This document shows positions 47,210-56,542 of a DNA stretch of 64,000 nt, in pieces. The notes beneath the pieces are model-generated. The model searched no databases, was not told the DNA's origin, and saw nothing but the letters and a program-made list of their open reading frames with translations. The DNA is from an uncultured Acidimicrobiaceae bacterium (GTDB taxonomy: Bacteria; Actinomycetota; Acidimicrobiia; Acidimicrobiales; RAAP-2), in NCBI GenBank assembly GCA_963756625.1, contig CAVWNQ010000003.1:332102-396101 (forward strand). Reading direction: 5' to 3'. The translations under genes and the position numbers were made by a program. Positions within the stretch are counted from its first letter, which is position 1, and the number at the start of each line of letters is the position of its first letter.

Positions 47210-48901
47210 ATGACGAGTCGCGACAGAGTGCCGGCCTCGGTTCGTACGGGGCTGACAGCCCTCGCGTTCGCACTACCGATCGCTCTGTACTTTTGGCTGA
47301 TATTTGCTGATGCAGTCGACATGATTCGTGCGGATCAGTGGTTCGACATCGACCTGATTCAATCATCGTTCACGGGTCACCTTCGATTCTCGATGTTGTG
47401 GGGCCAGCACGGCGATAACAGAATCTTGTTTCAGAATATAGTCACCCTGTTTCTAGCGCACGTGGCCCATTACAACGTGATCGTCGAGGAATACATCAGT
47501 GCCGTGCTTCTGATCGGAGCCACGACGCTCGTGATTCTCACTCACCATCGGCGGGCTCCGAAAATCCACTGGATTGCCTACTTCCCCGTGGCGATTGTCC
47601 TTCTTTCCGTCGCCCAATCAGGCGACACCTTGTTTGGATTCCAGGTCGGTTGGTACCTCATCATGGCGGCCCTTTCGATCGCACTGTTCTTTCTCGATCG
47701 TCCCGTTTTGACGCGGATTGCCTTCTGCGCTGCAGTGGCGGCTGGTGTTGTCGCGAGCTTCTCGTCTCTACAGGGCCTGTTTATTTGGCCGGTCGGACTA
47801 GTTCTTCTTCTTCAACGAGCACGAACCAGATCGTACGTACTCACTTGGATCGCTGCAGGATTGGTGTCGGCAGGCCTCTACTTCTACAACTGGAATACTC
47901 AGGAGAGCGGGGGAATCTCTTACGCGCTGCGCCACCCGGTCGAGGCTTTGAAGTTCTTCTTCTTCGCTATTGGCGACGTCATCAGCGTTCAAATCCCAGA
48001 TTCCCCGCATGGGGCTCAATACGGAATCCTCGCTCTGGGTATTGTGATCGTTGGGGTCGCGCTGTGGTCGCTCATTGCCTTTGGCTTTCGCGTCGACGAG
48101 TCGAGTGCGCGCCCGGTCGGAGTCGCACTCATTTGGTTCGGACTGTTGTTCGCCGCCGCAATTTCGGGTGGGCGAACTTCGTTCGGGCTAAGTGATGCGG
48201 GCACTAGCCGCTATGTAACGTTTGATCTGCTGATCTTGGTCGGTTCCTATCTCGTCGTTCTTGATCGATCTATGCAGACTGCTACCGAACCCATTCGCTG
48301 GATCCGTTGGCTGCCGGGAATGACGGCCTTTGTCGGCATTCTCATCTGCATCCAGGCCATTGTCGGCACCGGCAATGGGATTTCAGATGCCAATGGATAC
48401 CGCGACTACGAAGTGACGGGCGCCATCGTCACCGCCAAGATCCAGCGGGCACCGGACGGCCTTATTACCAGCCAATTGGGTGCCGGATTCGAAACTGCTG
48501 ATTTCATTCGGCGTATGGCGAACGATGCGCGCGACCACCACCTTTCCCTCTTCTCAACTTCAGACATTTCTTGGTATTCCAGACAAAAGCTTCCGGTGAA
48601 CCGGACGCCACCAACCACGTCTCTGATCAAGCCAGCAGCTGAGGAAGTTCTTCGCGGCAAGGTGTTTCTGGTCGCGACTGCTTCGGATCCATTCGGAGTC
48701 AACAAGGTGGAGTTCGAACTGAGAACCAATAATGGAAATCCAACCGTCATCAGTCAAGGCTCTGCGACTGCCTTCGGATATCTAGGCGGATGGGACACGA
48801 AATCAGTCACCGACGGGGTCTATTCCATTCGCAGCATCGCGTATTCACCTGGCGGACTGACGGGACTCAGCCGTTGGACGGTGGTGAAAGTCGCAAACTG
48901 A
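47210..48901 (+). CDS. Large polytopic membrane protein with an extracytoplasmic C-terminal beta-rich (Ig-like) domain; possibly a GT-C-type glycosyltransferase
   Basis: 563 aa. About 11-12 hydrophobic helices lie in the first ~400 aa, followed by a soluble tail (...VFLVATASDPFGVNKVEFELRTNNGNP...YSIRSIAYSPGG). This is the lowest-GC gene in the window. Confidence 0.5.
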   Translation: MTSRDRVPASVRTGLTALAFALPIALYFWLIFADAVDMIRADQWFDIDLIQSSFTGHLRFSMLWGQHGDNRILFQNIVTLFLAHVAHYNVIVEEYISAVLLIGATTLVILTHHRRAPKIHWIAYFPVAIVLLSVAQSGDTLFGFQVGWYLIMAALSIALFFLDRPVLTRIAFCAAVAAGVVASFSSLQGLFIWPVGLVLLLQRARTRSYVLTWIAAGLVSAGLYFYNWNTQESGGISYALRHPVEALKFFFFAIGDVISVQIPDSPHGAQYGILALGIVIVGVALWSLIAFGFRVDESSARPVGVALIWFGLLFAAAISGGRTSFGLSDAGTSRYVTFDLLILVGSYLVVLDRSMQTATEPIRWIRWLPGMTAFVGILICIQAIVGTGNGISDANGYRDYEVTGAIVTAKIQRAPDGLITSQLGAGFETADFIRRMANDARDHHLSLFSTSDISWYSRQKLPVNRTPPTTSLIKPAAEEVLRGKVFLVATASDPFGVNKVEFELRTNNGNPTVISQGSATAFGYLGGWDTKSVTDGVYSIRSIAYSPGGLTGLSRWTVVKVAN

Positions 48902-49341
48902 CACCCATCCTTTCGACATTGGGTGGCCATGGGGTGGTCGCGAGAGTCAGGGTCGTTTGGGAGAACATCCAGCTATCGTTTTGTGCACCATTCGCTTACG
49001 ATCGTCGATCCGATTGACTCTGGGATCCGGCCCAAGAACAACCCGTACTGCCTCACCGGCCCGCAACGTACGGGCGCACGCGAGGCACTCGAACTCGGCC
49101 GCTATGGCCGCCCAAGATGCGTTGCCGTTGGTGCAAATCTTGGTTGTTGGTCACCGGCAAAGATCCGATGTCATCTCGTCTTCGATGGGTGAAGGACATA
49201 GGACCGGCCGCCGGTCGGGCGACCGGCTGTAGGGCGGCACAGTGGCCCACTCTCGGCCGCGTCAGGCGCGAGTACCGGCAATTCGATCGGCAGGGTCGTA
49301 TATTGACGCCGTCCCACGGGGACGAAAGGGGGAACCCTCAA

Positions 49342-50050
49342 ATGAAAGACCGTACGTTCGAGCGGGTCGGCGCGCTCGAGCGGCCTCGCCTTCGTGGTGC
49401 TCGCCGTGCTCTCCGGCTTCATCTATCCCCAGCAGCCGCGCGTCGACTCCTCGCCGGCGACAACCTTAACTTGGGTCACCGATCACCGGGTGGCCCTGCA
49501 AGCGGGAATGATCTGCGACTTCTTCGCGGCTGGGGTGCTGCTCTGGTTCGTCGGCTACCTGCACCGCGTGCTCCGGCGAGTGGAAGATGGTACCGAGTCA
49601 CTTGCTCCCATCGTTCTGGGGGCCGGCCTCGGCGTGGCCATAACGACCGCCCTGGCCGCGCTGCCCACCGCGGTGCTCGCCTTCATGGTTGCCCAGCCTG
49701 GCGGCATAAGGGACCCGACCCTCGTTCGGATGCTGGGTGACCTGAACACGTTGTTCTTTTCGGTCACGTCCGTGATGACCGCGGTTTTCCTGGTTGGGTT
49801 GGGACTGGCCATGCTGGGAGGCGAGATCGCGAGACGATGGCTCGGATGGGTGAGCCTGGTCGTAGCGGCCTTCAACGGGTTGGCGGTCTGGATCGGGGTC
49901 ACATTCAGCAGCTACCACGGTAAAGGTTGGATCGTGGTCGGCTGGGGCGCTTATATCGGCTTTCTCATCGTCATGGTCCTCGTGAGCGCATCCCTGCTCC
50001 GGCAAGGGGAAAGCGCTCCCGCGGGTGCCCCATCGGTCGCCGTGTCATAA
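49342..50050 (+). pseudogene. DUF4386-like membrane protein with one frame break at about 49378
   Basis: MKDRTFERVGAL joins, after removal of 1 nt, to SGLAFVVLAVLSGFIYPQQP... (ORF 49394-50050). Confidence 0.5.
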
Positions 50051-50242
50051 AGCTTTAGAATTGCCGAACTGGCCGAACTGGCTCCCACCATCTCGGCCTC
50101 CTTGAGCCGAACCAGTTCTTGCTCCAGTCCCTCTGAGGCTCGTCCCCGCCTCTCGGACAGTCCGACGGAGCGCGTGCTCCCGCAGGGTCATCTACACCCG
50201 CTCGATCGAAGGACGTCTGACGCGATATGCGATGCTGACGCG

Positions 50243-50836
50243 GTGACCAAAGGCAGGCTCGAGGCCTTCACGGACGCCGTCATCGCCATTGTCATGACCA
50301 TTATGGTGCTCGATTTACGCCCACCCGCTGGGCACGGTTTCGGCGACCTGAAGCCGCTTTTACCAAAGTTTCTTGTCTACGCTTTGAGTTTCACGTTTTT
50401 GGCGATCTACTGGAATAACCACCACCATCTGATGCACATAGTGGAGCGAATCGATGGTCGGGTTCTCTGGGCGAACATGGGCCTTCTGTTCTCACTCTCG
50501 CTGACTCCCGCAGCCACGGCGTGGTTGGGTGAGCATCCCGGTGATACCGCTCCAGTGGTTGTGTACGGGTTGGTCCTGCTCCTTTCGGCTATCGCCTACT
50601 TCGTGTTGACCCGGGCACTGTTAACGTTGCACCCGGCAGGTTCACGATTAGCGGTGGCGATTGGCGATGACCGCAAAGGCCGGTTCTCTGCCGTTGCCTA
50701 CGTGGCGGCGGTGATCGTGGCCTTCTTCGAACCGTGGGCAGCAATTGCCATTTACGTCGGAGTAGCCGTGGTCTGGTTTGTGCCCGACCGGCGAATCACG
50801 AGGGTCATCGAGCGAGGAGACAGCGCCGACTCGTGA
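50243..50836 (+). CDS. TMEM175-family (DUF1211) potassium-channel-like membrane protein
   Basis: VTKGRLEAFTDAVIAIVMTIMVLDL (RxxxFSD-type motif, here FTD), ...LAIYWNNHHHLM. Confidence 0.7.
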   Translation: MTKGRLEAFTDAVIAIVMTIMVLDLRPPAGHGFGDLKPLLPKFLVYALSFTFLAIYWNNHHHLMHIVERIDGRVLWANMGLLFSLSLTPAATAWLGEHPGDTAPVVVYGLVLLLSAIAYFVLTRALLTLHPAGSRLAVAIGDDRKGRFSAVAYVAAVIVAFFEPWAAIAIYVGVAVVWFVPDRRITRVIERGDSADS

Positions 50837-50944
50837 CGAAACGGATCAAGGTTGTATGCCAATAGGTGACCGACCCGGCGCGTTGTACAAGGAGTGCCTT
50901 TCGCCACGCCGTCCGAGACCATGAACGCCGGTTAGACATTCTGT

Positions 50945-51661
50945 ATGCGGCTCGAGTCTTCCGAGAGGCGTCGCTCTCGGCGCACCTTATGGGTGGCAGG
51001 GGCGATCGTCGTGCCGATAGCGATCATCGCCCCATTTTTTCTTCTGAGCAGGCACGATCCTTCGGTTCTCTTGATAGGCGATTCGCTGACCTATGAGTCC
51101 AGCCCAGCGCTTGAGGCGGACCTCTGGACGAGGGGTTGCTTAGCCGAATTTCAGGCAATGCCGGGAAGCGGCCTGCTCGACACGCAGGTCAATTGGATCG
51201 AATGGGCCCGCCAACTGGTCGCAGCAGACAATCCGGACAAAGTAGTCGTGGAGTTCATTGGCAACTACGGATTGCTGGGCGCCCAACCGGGGATCGCGGA
51301 CGGGACGCCACAGTTCTACGAGCGGTGGCGCGAGGTTGCGCAGTTCCTGGAGGACGTACTGGCGTCGCGTGGGGCGCAGGTCTACTGGGTGATAGGACCC
51401 CCGCTTGCCACGCCTTTCAATCAGATAAAGGTGACAACCCTCGACGGTATTTATGAATCACTTCATGCTCCGAACGACGCCTCAGGCAGACCTCCGATCA
51501 TCAATGTGGTGAATGCGTTCAGTGCACCCAACGGCGGCTACTCCGAGTATCTGGCTGGGCCAGACGGGACCTCCGTGCAGATGCGTCTCCCTGATGGGAT
51601 CCACTTCACATCGGCCGGAATCGCTCGATACGCGGACATAGTGGCTCAAACCCTCGGGTGA
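50945..51661 (+). CDS. SGNH/GDSL-type hydrolase with an N-terminal membrane anchor
   Basis: LLIGDSLTYES (GDS block I), ...EFIGNY..., DGIHFT (DxxH block V). Confidence 0.7.
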   Translation: MRLESSERRRSRRTLWVAGAIVVPIAIIAPFFLLSRHDPSVLLIGDSLTYESSPALEADLWTRGCLAEFQAMPGSGLLDTQVNWIEWARQLVAADNPDKVVVEFIGNYGLLGAQPGIADGTPQFYERWREVAQFLEDVLASRGAQVYWVIGPPLATPFNQIKVTTLDGIYESLHAPNDASGRPPIINVVNAFSAPNGGYSEYLAGPDGTSVQMRLPDGIHFTSAGIARYADIVAQTLG

Positions 51662-51689
51662 AGTGCGGCTGGGCGATGCTCGTGAAAGC

Positions 51690-52560
51690 TCTGCCCAGAC
51701 CAATCCACTTAGTGCCTCGGACTCGGGTAGGGAGTGGCGCTGACTCACGGGGTGAGGCAATCTCCCCGGGTGTTGTCGGGGTGCCACGATCCTGGCGAGC
51801 TCCTCTCGCTTGTCGACCCATAGAGCGGGTCGGTCTTTTTTGTTCGGTGCTAGAGTGTCTCGTTCTGCACTCGTCGGCGCACCTTGTCGACGCAACGGTT
51901 CGCGGCGCGGACGACATGGAAAGGATCGGTGACCTTGATCGCGTGCTCGAGGTGGGTGGCGATGCCTCGCCGGTAGCTCTCGGCGAGGTCGGTGGCCACC
52001 ACCTCGATATTCGCGATCCAGGCGGGGTTCTGGACGTCGCACTATCGGCGCAGCTCAGGGGCGCGTTGCTCTCGATCAGGTCGATGAGGATCCTGGCATC
52101 GAGATCGACTAGGCCGTCGTGTAGATGGTGTGGTGATCTCTCGTGGACGAGAGGAACGAGGTCTCGTCGATGCCTAGAGCGCGCACGGAGCTGACGCGAG
52201 AGGGTCGTCAACGAGCGGTGTGCCGTGGTGCACGACGGCGTGATGACAGTACAGCAGACGAATCTTGGACGAGGGAGGGAGGAAATGTTCTTTTGGTGCG
52301 TCCGAAGTGGAAACAACGGACACGACATGATCAGTCACTCGAGGTGAGGACCAGTTCCTACGAGGTCACGCGTTTTCGAGATCGCGGACCCCGAGCCGGG
52401 TTCGGCGAATCGCCGGCAAGTGAGATCCGAAGCGCGACAGTACGGGGAAAGCCAGATCCCTCAACCCGAGGATCTAGACGCGAGGCAGGTAGCGATAGAT
52501 CTCGCGGGCGCCGTAGCGCTTGCGGTACGGATGCCCCGTGCTTGCTGGGATTCCTGAAGC
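51690..52560 (-). mobile_element. ISL3-family transposase relic (stops and frameshifts, C-terminus missing)
   Basis: Minus-strand pieces: CRRFAEPG; AVVHHGTPLVDDPLA..ALGIDETSFL; GLVDLDARILIDLIE; QNPAWIANIEVVATDLAESYRRGIATHLEHAIKVTDPFHVVRAANRCVDKVRRRVQNETL-TAG(51850)-HRTKKTDPLYG. Confidence 0.75.
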
Positions 52561-52640
52561 TTTTGAGGCCCAGCAGAAAAGGGGGATGAATCTTCAGAGA
52601 AGTATCAACGCTCGGAACTCACCCCGTGCTGCCGGGGGAC

Positions 52641-53325
52641 TCACAAGTAACGGAGCGCATCACCAACCTGAGCAATATGAAGATGATCTGTGTCCTCGCA
52701 AAGATTGAACGGATCGAAATGCAAGGGCGTCATTCCAGCGCCCTCGGCGGACCTGATGTCGTACTTCACGCTGTCACCCACGTAGATCATGTCGGAAGGA
52801 TTCAGTCCAAGCGAAGGAAGCGCAAAATCGAAGATGGTCGGATTTGGTTTTTCAACACCAACGACGCCAGAATCGACGATTATTCGGACCGGCACGCCTG
52901 GTCCCGGTCCTACTTGGCAGATCTTGTTTCGGACGAGCTCTTCTTCGACGTGACCGTCCGAGTTGCTCACGATTCCCAATCTCAGATCCGCGTGGTAGAG
53001 ATTCTGCAATCCAACGACCGACCCGCCGAGGATGCGACGCCACAAGTCGAATGACGGACCCCTCCACACCGGAATGAGCCTGTCGATCGCTGCTTCAAGC
53101 CGATCCTCGCGAAGCCCGATCGATGAGAGATAGCCCGTTGAGATAGATGCGCCTGTCTCGATCTCCCGGCACATTCGCCACATCGAGGGCGTGCATACCC
53201 TCGAAGTGCGCCCGATCGCACTCTGCATCTGACAAGGTTCCAGTTAGTTCACCAAGTGCTTCGACCAGCCGATCTCGGCTGGGCACCAAGAACACCCCAC
53301 CGACGTCGAGTAATACTCCCCGCAT
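52641..53325 (-). pseudogene. HAD-superfamily hydrolase with one frame break near 53130
   Basis: MRGVLLDVGGVFLVP (DxG motif I), then after the shift ...LRLGIVSNSDG (motif II) ...GVEKPNPTIF...MIYVGDSVKYDI (motifs III/IV). Confidence 0.65.
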
Positions 53326-53425
53326 GTCGCCAGTTTGGTCGTTCACACATGGATCAGAAAACCCATGTGTCTCACCGTCCTGGCGAAGGGGGGCACTTCG
53401 CGCTGGTCTGTCGGAGCAGCCGACC

Positions 53426-53851
53426 ATGTTTTCTCGCCTGTATCCTGACCTCGTGCCTACAGACCAGGGCGACGAGTATGTCCGTCGGGCCGCAGCAGTT
53501 CCCAAGATGCCTGATCCTGAAGCGGCTGAGCGAGTTGCGCTGGCTCAGAGAGGCGATCTGCATGCCCGCGCAGAACTGACGGTCTCACATCGTCGGATCG
53601 TGGCAAGGATGGCAAAGAAGTACGCACGGGCCGATCTCTCCTTCGACGAGCGGATCCGGCGGGGAGAGCAAGGCCTCGTAATCGCCATCGAGAAGTTCGA
53701 TCTCGCCAAGGGGTTCCTCTTCTCCACGTATGCCGTATGGTGGATTCGACAAGCCATCACCATGGGACTTGGCGGTGCGAGCGGCGGGGCCGGAGTGCGT
53801 GAACCGAGAACGCCCCGACCCTCCTCGTGCTCTGAGTCGGCCAGCCTCTAG
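53426..53851 (+). pseudogene. Sigma-70 family fragment (regions 1.2-2 only; regions 3-4 absent)
   Basis: ...LAQRGDLHARAELTVSHRRIVARMAKKYARADLSFDERIRRGEQGLVIAIEKFDLAKGFLFSTYAVWWIRQAITMGL, then unrelated GGASGGAG... and a stop. Confidence 0.6.
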
Positions 53852-53889
53852 GTCCCCCGCTCCCGGCGTGCGGGGACACTCTGGACGGT

Positions 53890-54081
53890 CTACGGCGTCG
53901 CCAGTATCCAGGTGCCATCGGAATCCAAGATCCGCTCAAGGCGAAGTCCGATGCGGGCTAGCTCGGCCCCGGATCGTCTCGTCATCGGGGATCGCAGCGT
54001 GGAAGTCCGGTAGGTGATGGTCTCGTGAAGGTCGATGACACCACGAACATTCTCACCGCGGATCTGCCTCATCCGGGCCAT
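53890..54081 (-). CDS. Hypothetical small protein
   Basis: MARMRQIRGENVRGVIDLHETITYRTSTLRSPMTRRSGAELARIGLRLERILDSDGTW. The ATG lies 1 nt after the upstream stop. Confidence 0.3.
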   Translation of the reverse strand: MARMRQIRGENVRGVIDLHETITYRTSTLRSPMTRRSGAELARIGLRLERILDSDGTWILATP

Positions 54082-54082
54082 T

Positions 54083-54394
54083 TCAGACTTCGTTGCCCTT
54101 TTCTTCGAGTTCCGCGGCGATGGTGTCGTAGCCGGCACTCGTCAATATTCGGCGCAAGTCGACGAGTTGTTGTCCGTCGATGTCTTTGTCACTCGGACGC
54201 CTGAGAACCTCGGTCTGTTGTCCGAGGCGGAACAGAAACATGTCGTCGTGCTGTTGTTCGATGGATCCCACCGCCTCGAGCAATGATACGACGTCGTGCC
54301 ATTCGACGTTGTGGTTCGTCTTTTGCTGAAAGATCTGTAGCAGGGTGTCTCGATGATGGCCGTTGAGATGCTCGGGCCCTGAGGTTGACGACAT
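54083..54394 (-). CDS. Hypothetical small protein (103 aa)
   Basis: AGAGGA RBS, then MSSTSGPEHLNGHHRDTLLQIFQQKTNHNVEWHDVVSLLEAVGSIEQQHDDMFLFRLGQQTEVLRRP. Confidence 0.45.
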   Translation of the reverse strand: MSSTSGPEHLNGHHRDTLLQIFQQKTNHNVEWHDVVSLLEAVGSIEQQHDDMFLFRLGQQTEVLRRPSDKDIDGQQLVDLRRILTSAGYDTIAAELEEKGNEV

Positions 54395-54848
54395 CGTGAT
54401 CCTCTCGTCGTGGTGAAGACTCAATGTAGCGAGAGTCCGCGTATGGGGTGGGAGGAGTTGTCATGCCCGGGCTCCTTCGCCTCCTCGTCGACGAAGTCTC
54501 TTGTCTGCCGAGCGTGACGCCGTAATGGAAGACCTGGCTGGCGCGACGGGTCTCGGTGGGCGCCGTCGCCAGTCGGTGCATCAACCGAGCGGTCGCATCG
54601 CGGTGCGCAAGGCGATCGCTGCTACTTTCACACAGATCGGGCGCCACGATCCGCGTCTTGCTGGCATCGTGCGCGATTGGGTCCCCACGGGCGTTCTGTC
54701 TACGATCCCGATCCGAACCACCCGGTCAACTGGGTTACGGAGTCGCCAAACCCTGGGAGACTCCTGGGTCCGTCCGCGGCAAGTCGCAGGTCACGTCGAA
54801 CTGCCTCGGCTGGTCCGCCAACGAGGCGCCGCCGCCCCCTGACCGCTG

Positions 54849-56456
54849 ATGTTTGGCACGGCTAGCGTCGCTTCAGTGAACGTGGCAGGGAGCCCCGGCC
54901 CGGGCAAGGTTCGCCTCGCGGAGCTCGTGGCGGCCCTGTCACTGGGAGTCGACCTTGGGTTCGGCCAGCCCATGGAGCACGTGCTGCGCCAATCGATGAT
55001 CTCAATGCGTCTCGCCGAGGTGCTCGGGCTCGCCGAAGACCAGCGATCCGTCGTTTACTACACGGCCCTCCTCGTCAACGTCGGCTGTCATTCCGACGCA
55101 CACGAGCAGGCCAAGTGGTTCGGCGACGACATCGCACTCAAGTCCAACAAGTACGACTACGAACTCGGGAGTCTGAGTGGAGTCCTCGCGACGATGCGCA
55201 TGTTGGGCAGTGGGAATCCACCGCTGCACCGCTTTCGCGTCGGCGTCGAGTTCGCCGTCTCAGGCCACCGAGACATGAACAAGATGATCGCCCAGCACTC
55301 GGCCTTGGCTCGCCGGCTCGCCGAGCAGCTTGGTCTGTCCGAGGCGGTACAAGGGGCGGTGGGTGCAGCCTACGAACAGTGGGACGGAAAGGGCTGGCCG
55401 GGGAACCTTCGCGGGGACGCCATCCCCATCGCGTCGAGACTGGCTCAAATCGGAGAGTTCACCGAAGTGGCGCACCGGATCGGCGGCACTGTTGCTGCCG
55501 TCTCACTGGCTGAGAAACGGGCGGGGTCCCAGTTCGACCCGGAGGTGGCTGCCACCTTTTGCAAGCATGCCGAGAACATCTTGGACGGGCTCGAGTCCGG
55601 TGAGACGTGGGACGCCGTCATCGGTGCGGAGCCATCGCTCGGCGTCTACCTGTCACCCACCGAATTCGACGCGGCCCTTCTCGCCATTGCCGACTTCGTC
55701 GATCTGAAGTCCCCCTACATGCTCGGACACGCCCGTGGGGTGTCCGAGCTCGCCGGCGCGGCTGGCGCGACGGTCGGACTCGAGGAGCCTGAGGTGGCGC
55801 TGCTTCGCCGTGCGGGCGTCGTCCACGGACTGGGGCGTCTCGGCGTGTCCAACGCCATTTGGGACAAGCCTGGGACTCTCGGAGCGGGCGAGTGGGAGCG
55901 GGTACGTATGCATCCTTATCTCACTGAGCGCATGCTCAGTCAGTCCGACGCAATGGCACCGCTCGGGACTATCGCAGTGGCATTGCGCGAGCGGCTCGAC
56001 GGTTCCGGTTATCCCCGCCGACTTTCGGGCGGCGCCATCCCGCTGTCGGCTCGGGTGCTCGCCGCCGCCGACGCCTACCAGGCGATGTGCGAGCCGCGTC
56101 CGCATCGAGACGCCCTCAGCCGCGAGCAGGCAGCGGTCGAACTGCGCGCCGAGGTGAAGCTGGGCCGGATGGACGGAGATGCGGTCGAGGCCGTGCTTGG
56201 CACCGCCGGCCATCGCGTCGCCCGCCGACGTGAGGGCCCAGCCGGGCTCACGGCCCGCGAGATCGACGTGCTGCGCCTCGTGTCCCGAGGTCTTCCCAGT
56301 AAGGAGATCGCGGCGCGCCTCGTCATTTCGCCCAAGACTGCTCGCAACCACATCGAGCACATCTACGCCAAGATCGGTGTCTCGACTCGGGCCGGGGCCA
56401 GTCTGTTCGCCCTCGAACACGGCCTGCTTCCCGACGAGGCGTTCGTGCCCGGATAG
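54849..56456 (+). CDS. LuxR-family HTH regulator with two tandem HD-GYP-like domains that lack catalytic residues
   Basis: The C-terminus LTAREIDVLRLVSRGLPSKEIAARLVISPKTARNHIEHIYAKIG is a LuxR HTH. The second sensor domain has VVHGLGRLGV (HD>HG) and LRERLDGSGYPRRL (GYP kept, HHE lost). The first has LLVNVGCHSD. Confidence 0.75.
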   Translation: MFGTASVASVNVAGSPGPGKVRLAELVAALSLGVDLGFGQPMEHVLRQSMISMRLAEVLGLAEDQRSVVYYTALLVNVGCHSDAHEQAKWFGDDIALKSNKYDYELGSLSGVLATMRMLGSGNPPLHRFRVGVEFAVSGHRDMNKMIAQHSALARRLAEQLGLSEAVQGAVGAAYEQWDGKGWPGNLRGDAIPIASRLAQIGEFTEVAHRIGGTVAAVSLAEKRAGSQFDPEVAATFCKHAENILDGLESGETWDAVIGAEPSLGVYLSPTEFDAALLAIADFVDLKSPYMLGHARGVSELAGAAGATVGLEEPEVALLRRAGVVHGLGRLGVSNAIWDKPGTLGAGEWERVRMHPYLTERMLSQSDAMAPLGTIAVALRERLDGSGYPRRLSGGAIPLSARVLAAADAYQAMCEPRPHRDALSREQAAVELRAEVKLGRMDGDAVEAVLGTAGHRVARRREGPAGLTAREIDVLRLVSRGLPSKEIAARLVISPKTARNHIEHIYAKIGVSTRAGASLFALEHGLLPDEAFVPG

Positions 56457-56542
56457 GTCGCAAAAGATGGGGCAATCGCCCCATGAACGCCAAGGTGCTC
56501 TCCCGTACCTTGCTCGTAGCGAGGCAAGCAGAGGAGGTCCCG

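Noticed and set aside
48960-49260. A TetR-family regulator on the minus strand upstream of the DUF4386-like gene
   Set aside because: Only about 10 residues (RQRILGAAIAEFE) look TetR-like. The rest does not follow the HTH consensus in any frame, so at best it is an unrecognisable relic.
50063-50081. Tandem 9-mer GCCGAACTG GCCGAACTG in the spacer before the TMEM175-like gene
   Set aside because: There are only two copies with no further periodicity or flanking repeats. That is too short to call a repeat element or binding array.
52480-52545. A separate IS3-type OrfB fragment (HPYRKRYGAREIYRYLPRV*)
   Set aside because: In another frame the same DNA reads ...ALRRPRDLSLPA..., which fits the ISL3 N-terminal zinc-finger/DLP region. 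It is contiguous with the ISL3 relic, so one element explains it.
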